In this document: positions 1-6,469 of the stretch, one piece after another
How positions within the stretch are numbered: the first letter of the stretch is position 1
Layout of the letters: each line of letters begins with the position of its first letter
NCBI GenBank assembly: GCA_964650515.1
Contig: CAZYUB010000001.1
Location: forward strand, 1,726-65,725
Origin: an uncultured Planctomycetia bacterium
GTDB lineage: Bacteria > Omnitrophota > Gorgyraeia > Pluralincolimonadales > Pluralincolimonadaceae
DNA length: 64,000 bases
Direction of reading: 5' to 3'
Program-made: the position numbers and the translations under genes
Notes under the pieces: model-generated
The model's input: the letters and a program-made list of their open reading frames with translations, nothing else
The model's database searches: none
Told to the model about the DNA's origin: nothing

Positions 1-129
1 CATCGCCCTTCTGACGGTCTCAACGGCTTTCTTATACTGTTTCGAACGGCCGAGGAAGTAACCCTTTGCCGCTTTAAGCACTTTCTTCCTGCGTTGTTTT
101 TTCGCAGGTAAATACTTCGACTTAGGCAT
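1..129 (-). CDS. rplT: 50S ribosomal protein L20, partial (N-terminal part; the gene continues beyond the window start)
   Basis: Reverse-strand translation from ATG at 129 gives MPKSKYLPAKKQRRKKVLKAAKGYFLGRSKQYKKAVETV, typical of L20. It sits downstream of rpmI as in the canonical infC-rpmI-rplT operon. Confidence 0.85.
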   Translation of the reverse strand, partial: MPKSKYLPAKKQRRKKVLKAAKGYFLGRSKQYKKAVETVRRAM

Positions 130-158
130 TTCTTTCTTCTCCTTCTATGTCGTCTTTA

Positions 159-356
159 TTAAGCGTAAGGTAGGAGCTTCGATATCTTTTCGTGGTCATT
201 CTTGCTGACCAGGTCAGACCTTCTCAGCGCTCTCTTCCTCTTCTTTGTTTTGCCGGTCAAGAGGTGGCCCTTGCCACCCTTTCGCCTTATTATCTTGCCG
301 GTCTTCGTCTTCCTGAACCTTTTCTTCACGCCCTTGCGTGTCTTCATTTTAGGCAT
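159..356 (-). CDS. rpmI: 50S ribosomal protein L35
   Basis: 65-aa very basic protein MPKMKTRKGVKKRFRKTKTG...LLPYA, an L35 signature, between infC and rplT. Confidence 0.9.
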   Translation of the reverse strand: MPKMKTRKGVKKRFRKTKTGKIIRRKGGKGHLLTGKTKKRKRALRRSDLVSKNDHEKISKLLPYA

Positions 357-386
357 GTCATGTCTCCTGTTTTGCCCCTGCGGTCC

Positions 387-902
387 TTATTTGGGGCCGA
401 CCACCATGATGACAAAGCGCCCTTCCCTCAGCGGGGGCTTCTCTATCTGCCCTATCTCCAAAATATCCGCCTTAAGCCGCTCTATCACTTTATTCCCGAG
501 TTCCGGATGCGCCATCTCGCGCCCGCGGAACACGAGCGTTATCTTCACTTTATCTTTTCTTTCAAGGAATTTCTTGATGAACCCTAATTTGACAAGGTAA
601 TCGTGGTCGCCGATCTTCGGCTTGAGCCTTATCTCTTTTATGTGGGTCGCATGCTGCTTCTTCCTGGATTCCTTCTCCTTCTTCTCCTGCTCGTACTTAT
701 ACTTGGAGAAGTCCATTATCCTGCAGACCGGCGGTTTCGCCATCGGCGCTATCTCTACCAGGTCCAGCCCCGACTGCTGCGCCAATTTAAGGCCTTCCTC
801 CGGGGCCATTACGCCAAGCTGCGCGCCATCCTCACCTATTACCATTACCTCGCGTATCCTTATCCTATCATTTACCCTGATAGATTTAGCTTGGAACTGG
901 AT
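387..902 (-). CDS. infC: Translation initiation factor IF-3, probably initiating at a non-AUG ATC codon
   Basis: ORF 387..845 encodes the IF3 N- and C-domains (…VIGEDGAQLGVM…). The reading frame stays open upstream to the thrS TAG (IQFQAKSIRVNDRIRIREV…). AGGAGG at 911-916 is followed 8 nt later by ATC at 902. IF3 genes classically use AUU/AUC starts. Confidence 0.8.
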   Translation of the reverse strand: MQFQAKSIRVNDRIRIREVMVIGEDGAQLGVMAPEEGLKLAQQSGLDLVEIAPMAKPPVCRIMDFSKYKYEQEKKEKESRKKQHATHIKEIRLKPKIGDHDYLVKLGFIKKFLERKDKVKITLVFRGREMAHPELGNKVIERLKADILEIGQIEKPPLREGRFVIMVVGPK

Positions 903-914
903 TTCCGAACCCTC

Positions 915-2633
915 CTATTTTTTCTTTTCTACTTCGTCGACGATCTTCTCTACGAAATCGGCGAGTTTCATCGCGCCCAGATCGCCCTTGCCCCTCTCCC
1001 TGACGGAGACGCTCTCCGACTGGGCTTCCTTGCCCCCGACGACCAGCATATACGGGACTTTCTGCACTTCCGCGTCCCTTATCTTATGCTGCATCCTGCC
1101 GCTCTTGTCGTCTATCTCGGCCCTTATGCCCTTATCGCGAAGCATCTGCGCCGCCTTGCAGGCGTAATCCTTGTGGTCGTCCGATATCGGTATTATAACA
1201 GCTTGGACCGGCGAAAGCCATACGGGAAATGCGCCGCCGTAATGCTCTATAAGGGCGCCGAGGAACCTCTCGATCGAACCGAGTATTACCCTATGCAGCA
1301 TTATGGGGGCATATTCCTTTCCGTCCTGCCCCACATACGATAATTTAAACCTCTGCGGCAGCGCGAAATCGCATTGTATAGTCGCGCACTGCCAGGCCCT
1401 TCCAAGCGCATCCTTTAATTTTATGTCTATCTTCGGGCCGTAGAACGCGCCGTCTTTTTCATTTATCTTGTACGGTATCTCCTTCGATTTCAGCGCTTCC
1501 ATAAGCGCGTTCGTAGCCAGCTCCCAATCCTCGTCGGTGCCTATATATTTATCCGGTTTGGTCGATATCTCCGTCTCGAAACCGGAGAATCCGAATACCT
1601 TCAGCGCGTCCCTGACGAAATCTATGACGCCTTTTATCTCTTCGACCGCCTGTTCGCGCAAGCAGAATATATGCGCGTCATCCTGGGTAAAACCGCGGAC
1701 CCTCAACAACCCGTGCAGCACCCCCGATTTCTCATTCCTGTATACAGAGCCGAGCTCAAAATACCTTAACGGCAGGTCCTTGTAGCTCCGTGTCTTCGAC
1801 CTGTATATAAGGATGTGCGCCGGGCAATTCATCGGCTTTACGGCATATTCCTGGCCATCTATCTGGAATATGTACATATTCTCTTTGTAATAACCGTAAT
1901 GGCCCGATTCTATCCAGATGTCGGACTTCAGGATATGCGGGCCGATGACTATCTGGTAGCCGCGCCTAAAATGCTCCCTCTTCTCCCAGTCCTCGATGAC
2001 GGTCCTCAGCATCGCACCCTTCGGCTGGTAGATCACAAGCCCTGCGCCGGCTTTCTCGTCTATGAGGAAAAGATCCAACTCCTTGCCGAGCTTCCTGTGG
2101 TCGCGCTTCCTGGCCTCCTCGAGCCTGGTGACATAGCTTTCGAGCTCCGCCTTGCTCTCGAACGCGGTCCCATATATCCTCTGGAGCATCTTGTTCTTCT
2201 CGTCGCCGCGCCAGTACGCTCCGGTAGCTGAAAGCAGCTTGAACGCCTTTACCTGGCCGGTCGACTCAATATGCGGCCCCCTGCAGAGGTCTGTGAAGTC
2301 GCCGTCCATATAGAGGGTCACCTCCGCATCGGGAAGGTCTTTGATGAGCTCCACCTTATACTGCTCGCCGATCTTCTCAAAGAACTTGATCGCCTCGTCC
2401 CTTTTCATGGACGAATGCTCGAACTTCAGGTTTTCCTTTATGATCCCGGACATCTCCGCCTCTATCCTGGCAAGGTCCTCCTCCAGGAAAGGCTGCGGGG
2501 AGTCGAAATCATAGTAAAACCCGTCCTCTATCGCCGGCCCTATAGCCAGTTTCACGCCCGGATACAGCCTTTTTACGGCCTGGGCCATAATATGTGATGT
2601 TGAATGCCTTAGGGTATCTAGTTCCATGGTCAT
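915..2633 (-). CDS. thrS: Threonyl-tRNA synthetase lacking the N-terminal TGS domain
   Basis: Class II aaRS with the ThrRS editing-domain motif LRHSTSH near the N-terminus and an anticodon-binding C-terminus. The ORF-track N-terminal extension (TTG at 2687) overlaps tRNA-Val, so the start was moved to ATG at 2633 (or 2627). Confidence 0.85.
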   Translation of the reverse strand: MTMELDTLRHSTSHIMAQAVKRLYPGVKLAIGPAIEDGFYYDFDSPQPFLEEDLARIEAEMSGIIKENLKFEHSSMKRDEAIKFFEKIGEQYKVELIKDLPDAEVTLYMDGDFTDLCRGPHIESTGQVKAFKLLSATGAYWRGDEKNKMLQRIYGTAFESKAELESYVTRLEEARKRDHRKLGKELDLFLIDEKAGAGLVIYQPKGAMLRTVIEDWEKREHFRRGYQIVIGPHILKSDIWIESGHYGYYKENMYIFQIDGQEYAVKPMNCPAHILIYRSKTRSYKDLPLRYFELGSVYRNEKSGVLHGLLRVRGFTQDDAHIFCLREQAVEEIKGVIDFVRDALKVFGFSGFETEISTKPDKYIGTDEDWELATNALMEALKSKEIPYKINEKDGAFYGPKIDIKLKDALGRAWQCATIQCDFALPQRFKLSYVGQDGKEYAPIMLHRVILGSIERFLGALIEHYGGAFPVWLSPVQAVIIPISDDHKDYACKAAQMLRDKGIRAEIDDKSGRMQHKIRDAEVQKVPYMLVVGGKEAQSESVSVRERGKGDLGAMKLADFVEKIVDEVEKKK

Positions 2634-2643
2634 AAAATTAAAT

Positions 2644-2719
2644 GGTGGGCCTAAGAGGACTCGAACCTCTGACCTCTTCCATGTCAAGGAAGCGCTCTAA
2701 CCAACTGAGCTATAAGCCC
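2644..2719 (-). tRNA. tRNA-Val (anticodon GAC), CCA encoded
   Basis: Reverse complement GGGCTTATAGCTCAGTTGGTTAGAGCGCTTCCTTGACATGGAAG…GGTTCGAGTCCTCTTAGGCCCACCA has a cloverleaf with a CTTCC/GGAAG anticodon stem and GAC anticodon. Confidence 0.9.
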
Positions 2720-2761
2720 ACAGCGAACCTAAATTATAGCGATTAAAGGGTTTTAAGTCAA

Positions 2762-2801
2762 GGCAAAAACTGCCCCGCCCTCTCTCGGGAAAGGGCGGGG
2801 C
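2762..2801 (-). terminator. Intrinsic terminator of the PEP-CTERM gene 2849..3490
   Basis: Perfect 9-bp GC stem gccccgccc/gggcggggc with loop, followed on the minus strand by a TTTTT run. Confidence 0.7.
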
Positions 2802-2802
2802 G

Positions 2803-2831
2803 CTTCCTCGGGTTAGTTGGGGTTGAGGAAG
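2803..2831 (-). ncRNA. Conserved 3' UTR stem-loop (CTTCCTC-N15-GAGGAAG), copy 1
   Basis: Minus-strand CUUCCUCaaccccaacuaacccGAGGAAG lies between the stop codon and the terminator. Near-identical copies at 4069..4100 and 12227..12255 occupy the same position behind other PEP-CTERM paralogs. Confidence 0.5.
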
Positions 2832-2848
2832 TACATCTTTATGGACGT

Positions 2849-3490
2849 TTATTTAACCGTTTTTTTCCTTAATCCGAGCAGTCCAACAAGGCCTGATCCG
2901 AGTAAAAGAAGGCTTGTCGGCTCGGGAACGGTAAACTGCGTATCGTCAAACCATACTGTGCCGGTGGCGCTTGTGCCGGTCCCGGGAGCAAGCAGGGTCA
3001 GGCGATAGTCGATATACGCCGCGTTGGCAGGCGCTGTCCTCTCGGCCTCCGACCAGGAGCTTAAACTCTGGTACTGCCAATCTCCCGAACCTGAGGTCTG
3101 GTGGACTATGCCTATGCCGCTTCCCAGCTCTTCCTGGCTCGCGTTAAGCCATTTGCACTCCAGGTAGGCCTCTATGTTGCTGAGGTTCTGCCATTTCATC
3201 CATACGCCTCCGTCAACGACATCACCCGGATTTACGGCAAAGACCTGCTTCGCTCCGACCATCTCCCATGAATCGGTCGTAGAACCAGCGGAAATCTTCA
3301 GCGCCTGGCTGCCTCCATGGACTGAATCGGCAGCGTCATAATCGATCGTCCACTGCGGTCCCCAGTTGTAATCAAGCCACGGGCCCTGTCCTGCGCCCTC
3401 AAAGCCGGGATCTCCGATAGCGTTTGCGCACGCAAAAGACGGCGTGGATATGGCCGCCAAAACCGCTAATACTGCAATTAATCCCTTCAT
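2849..3490 (-). CDS. Secreted CBM4_9-like carbohydrate-binding-module protein with PEP-CTERM sorting signal
   Basis: Signal peptide; N(x)GFE motif after the signal, typical of CBM4_9 beta-sandwich starts. C-terminal VPEPTSLLLLGSGLVGLLGLRKK is a PEP motif plus TM helix plus basic tail. Confidence 0.8.
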   Translation of the reverse strand: MKGLIAVLAVLAAISTPSFACANAIGDPGFEGAGQGPWLDYNWGPQWTIDYDAADSVHGGSQALKISAGSTTDSWEMVGAKQVFAVNPGDVVDGGVWMKWQNLSNIEAYLECKWLNASQEELGSGIGIVHQTSGSGDWQYQSLSSWSEAERTAPANAAYIDYRLTLLAPGTGTSATGTVWFDDTQFTVPEPTSLLLLGSGLVGLLGLRKKTVK

Positions 3491-3530
3491 TTGTTCACCC
3501 CCTCTCCTTTTCCTTAGTTTAAAGTCTATT

Positions 3531-3585
3531 TGTAAACGCTTACATATTTACCTAAAAAATAGGGCGCTACACGTAAGCGCTTACA
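3531..3585 (-). promoter_or_regulatory. Twin LacI/cre-type palindromic operators (TGTAAACGCTTACA at 3531..3544; CGTAAGCGCTTACA at 3572..3585)
   Basis: Both are 14-bp near-perfect palindromes with central CG, matching the LacI/CcpA-family operator consensus TGTAAGCGCTTACA. O1 overlaps the predicted TSS and O2 precedes the RBS. Centres are 41 bp apart. Confidence 0.55.
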
Positions 3586-3593
3586 TTACCAGA

Positions 3594-3622
3594 ATAATAC
3601 CACCACCTACATTGATTGTCAA
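3594..3622 (-). promoter_or_regulatory. Sigma70 promoter (TTGACA-N17-TATTAT) of the PEP-CTERM CBM gene 2849..3490
   Basis: Minus-strand TTGACA (plus 3617-3622), 17-nt spacer, TATTAT (plus 3594-3599). Preceded by the AT-rich UP-like element AAAATTAGCAAAATAATAATC shared with other promoters in the island. Confidence 0.55.
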
Positions 3623-3627
3623 GATTA

Positions 3628-3984
3628 TTATTTTGCTAATTTTGAGGAATAAATGAGAGTATTTACGATAGCTATCGCGACAAATAACGTCAATGACCCG
3701 CCGCCGAAGAAGACGATGACCATAGGGTGCGTATCGTCGCGTACCGGAATGAAAAAACACGCCACCGCCGTGACCAATACCGGGACGGACCATATTACCA
3801 TCTGTCGCCCGCCGTATGCGTTTATCTCATACCACAATTCGGGCGACTTAAACGCTTTTGGCAGCCTGAACCCGTACCAGTAATTCATCGGTATCTTGCG
3901 CTTGGCGAGAGGGACTCCCAAAACGATAAACAGCAACCCCATTACCAGGTTTATTGTGATGAATGTCACCTGCGCGTCTGTCAT
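3628..3984 (-). CDS. SdpI/YhfL-family small membrane protein
   Basis: PMNYWYGFRLPKAFKSPELW matches the SdpI-family PxNxxxGxR motif and the protein has 3-4 TM helices. Start set at the internal ATG (3984) with AAGAGG RBS; the track ORF extends to 4032. Confidence 0.5.
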   Translation of the reverse strand: MTDAQVTFITINLVMGLLFIVLGVPLAKRKIPMNYWYGFRLPKAFKSPELWYEINAYGGRQMVIWSVPVLVTAVACFFIPVRDDTHPMVIVFFGGGSLTLFVAIAIVNTLIYSSKLAK

Positions 3985-4030
3985 CTTCTGCCTCTTTTGG
4001 TTAATTATACACCACAGGGCGGCCTCAGTC

Positions 4031-4067
4031 AAAAAAAATAGGGCGAGGATCTCGGGATCCCCGCCCC
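4031..4067 (-). terminator. Intrinsic terminator of gene 4113..4739
   Basis: GC-rich hairpin (gggcgaggatc…gatccccgccc) followed on the minus strand by T8. Confidence 0.65.
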
Positions 4068-4068
4068 T

Positions 4069-4100
4069 CTTCCTCGGGTTAGTTGGGGTGTTTGAGGAAG
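4069..4100 (-). ncRNA. Conserved 3' UTR stem-loop (CTTCCTC-N18-GAGGAAG), copy 2
   Basis: Minus-strand CUUCCUCaaacaccccaacuaacccGAGGAAG sits immediately 3' of the PEP-CTERM gene stop and 5' of the terminator. Confidence 0.5.
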
Positions 4101-4112
4101 ATATTTAGCGCA

Positions 4113-4739
4113 TTATGACCTTTTCCTTAAGCCGAGGAGTCCGACAAGCCCTGAGCCGAGAAGGAGCAGGCTAGCGGGCTCGGGTACAGGCGCCGTATCA
4201 AGGTAAGCATCATCAAAATAAGCGACGCCTGTGCCGCCGTCTACGGTCTGGTTCACGAAGAAAGCCAGGGAAGCGTATGACGCGGTGACCGGTGCGGCTC
4301 CGCTTATATTAAGGGCTGTCCAGTCGTGCGTACCGGTAAGTACCGGGGACGCGCCGGCCGTGCCGACCCATCCGCCCGACGCGTTGAACCAGTCGATCTT
4401 CACGAAGGCCTCTTCGTTGACGAGAGCGTTGGTCTTCGCAAATATGGTCCCGTAATATGTCGTACCGGGCGTAACGGCCGCCATCGTATTGCTGTACATG
4501 AAATAATCGTCGCCGGTGCCGGATGCGCTGTTCGACGTTATCTTCGTCGATTGCGCGCCGGTCCTTGCGGCTTCGGTGCTGCCGTATGTGCCCGTATGCT
4601 GGCTGTTTCCCCAGAGGCCGAGCCACGGGTCCTGGGCCGTATTCTCAAAGCCCGAGTTCGTAAGCATATTAGCGGCTTCCGATATAGAAGCGCTGAACAT
4701 TACTGCTATAGCTAAGGCCAATACTGCGGTAAATTTCAT
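4113..4739 (-). CDS. Secreted CBM4_9-like protein with PEP-CTERM sorting signal
   Basis: Signal peptide, NSGFEN motif, C-terminal VPEPASLLLLGSGLVGLLGLRKRS. Confidence 0.8.
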   Translation of the reverse strand: MKFTAVLALAIAVMFSASISEAANMLTNSGFENTAQDPWLGLWGNSQHTGTYGSTEAARTGAQSTKITSNSASGTGDDYFMYSNTMAAVTPGTTYYGTIFAKTNALVNEEAFVKIDWFNASGGWVGTAGASPVLTGTHDWTALNISGAAPVTASYASLAFFVNQTVDGGTGVAYFDDAYLDTAPVPEPASLLLLGSGLVGLLGLRKRS

Positions 4740-4751
4740 CTCTCTTCTCCT

Positions 4752-5282
4752 TTAGTTTCCTTTTTCTATTGTCACGTCAAAATCGTCAAAACAGGCCTCG
4801 CCTGTTGAACCGGCTATGCCTCTTGCGTATCCGAGCACCCTTGCCTCGATCGCCCCGGCAGGCGCTTTTCCGTTGACTTCCAGCTTCTTCCAGGGTATGG
4901 CGCCTTTCACATGCTCGCTCTCTTTATGCCCCGAACTCAAAGGGCCTGCGCTGCCCCAGAACTCAAGGCGCACAAAGGCCTCGGCACCGTTAGACAGCGA
5001 CTTGGAATCCGGGCTCATCACCCACGCGCTGGCTTTGACTACCTCCCCGGGGCTGACCGGTATCTGCTGCCCATAGCAACCCTGCCCTGCACCTTCGATC
5101 TGCCTGCAAGCCGCCTTCTCCCCGCTGTATTTATACTCGGTTGTTATGATCCCGTTGGTCTCCTGGTCATTCCAGTTGTACCAGCTCTCCTCGTCGGATT
5201 CAAAACCGGGATTGATAACGGTATTGGCATAGCAAACGGAACATATCGACATAGTAATGACCGCCAGGAAAATCTTCTTCAC
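4752..5282 (-). CDS. Secreted CBM4_9-like protein without PEP-CTERM tail
   Basis: GTG start with GGGAGGTG RBS; signal peptide; NPGFESDEESWYNW motif; ends FDDFDVTIEKGN with no PEP anchor. Its stop is 12 nt upstream of the next paralog, indicating an operon. Confidence 0.7.
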   Translation of the reverse strand: MKKIFLAVITMSICSVCYANTVINPGFESDEESWYNWNDQETNGIITTEYKYSGEKAACRQIEGAGQGCYGQQIPVSPGEVVKASAWVMSPDSKSLSNGAEAFVRLEFWGSAGPLSSGHKESEHVKGAIPWKKLEVNGKAPAGAIEARVLGYARGIAGSTGEACFDDFDVTIEKGN

Positions 5283-5320
5283 TTGTTCACCTCCCTCCCT
5301 CTCCCATAAATAAGTTTATC

Positions 5321-6469
5321 TTAACTCAAATGTTTTACTTGTAAAATATACCATCCGTTGCCCATCGCCTCGTCGTCCTTCCTGAGCCATTCCCTGCAAT
5401 CCTGTATCTTCGCCTTGACGAGCCCCGCGACTATAATGTCTTTTGCGCTATATGCCCTGCCTGCGATCTCGTAACAGTTAAGCGCGACCTCCAGGTTCCT
5501 GCGGTCCCCGCTGACGAGCGGAACGCTTAAGCTCCTGACCTTGGACTTATATTCGTCGCCCATGTAAAAACAGATGCCGTAATACGACTTCCTGTCGTCA
5601 GCATCCTCGATACTTTTGATGAAGAGCAGTATCGCGTCCCTTTCGAGGTTACTATAAGGCACGAGGAAACCGGCTTTCTTCATCTGCTGGGACCTGGCCC
5701 GGTATTCGTTTATCCTCTTCTCAGCCGACAGACGTGTCTGCGGGCTTTGGGCGAAACGCGACGCCAGGTCGTAGCAGAGCGGAGCGATGCGGAAATAACC
5801 GAATTCGTCGTCCTCGAACCTTCCTATCTGCGCCCTTGCGGCATAGCAGTCCCCGAGATCTATATATCTTCTCGCGCAGGCCTCTTTCTCTTCGGCCGTC
5901 CCGAGCCCCGCTATTATCCCCGCGATAAGCTCGGAATCCTTTTTATTCGCGGGTTTTACTATCCCGCCGTTCGCGAATTCCTTTTTCATCTCGGCAAGGC
6001 CCATGGACGGGACGGAATTATCGCCATGGTCCATCTTTATTATCTTCTCCGCCCTCCTCTTTACCGTGTCTATGTACGCCATTTGGCTGGCCGCCAACTT
6101 TCCGTACGAAGGGTCTATGTCGATAGCCATCGAGAATTCCGCATCGGCGTGGTCGATCATGCTGTTCTCGAGGCAAAATATCCCAAGCTTATAATGGTCC
6201 TGGGCGCTGTTCGGGGATATCTCCTTCACCTTCCCGGCGTATACCTCCTCCGGGCCCGGCGCGGACTCGTCCTCCTTCCTCACGATCGAGGCGACGAGGC
6301 CCTTCTTTATCTTCTCCGTCGCCCCCGAAGCGCTCCTGAACTTCACGGCCGTATCCGTCTCATCCAGGACTTCTCCCTGCATTATCCCGCCGCTCCTCAA
6401 CAGGACCGTATCGGCATATGAGGGGCTTGATAAGGACAATATGACGAACACGATGATGTGCCTGTTCAT
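5321..6469 (-). CDS. Secreted hypothetical protein, 382 aa
   Basis: Signal peptide (…SSPSYA/DT). No family recognised. Translationally coupled to the GspK-like gene (1-nt overlap at 6469). Confidence 0.5.
   Translation of the reverse strand: MNRHIIVFVILSLSSPSYADTVLLRSGGIMQGEVLDETDTAVKFRSASGATEKIKKGLVASIVRKEDESAPGPEEVYAGKVKEISPNSAQDHYKLGIFCLENSMIDHADAEFSMAIDIDPSYGKLAASQMAYIDTVKRRAEKIIKMDHGDNSVPSMGLAEMKKEFANGGIVKPANKKDSELIAGIIAGLGTAEEKEACARRYIDLGDCYAARAQIGRFEDDEFGYFRIAPLCYDLASRFAQSPQTRLSAEKRINEYRARSQQMKKAGFLVPYSNLERDAILLFIKSIEDADDRKSYYGICFYMGDEYKSKVRSLSVPLVSGDRRNLEVALNCYEIAGRAYSAKDIIVAGLVKAKIQDCREWLRKDDEAMGNGWYILQVKHLS

Noticed and set aside
192-1343. Plus-strand ORFs (192..587, 202..600, 603..1343, 622..1167) opposite rpmI, infC and thrS
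   Set aside because: They are antisense to strongly supported ribosomal, IF3 and ThrRS genes. They have no recognisable domains and proline/arginine-rich compositions typical of GC-rich antisense frames.
2627-2687. N-terminal extension of the thrS ORF starting at TTG 2687
   Set aside because: The extension overlaps tRNA-Val (2644..2719) on the same strand. ThrRS homology begins only at the internal ATG.
5747-6421. 224-aa and other plus-strand ORFs opposite the secreted 382-aa protein and GspK-like gene (also 7588..7953, 8174..8464)
   Set aside because: They are antisense to the coupled minus-strand operon and show no domain signal.
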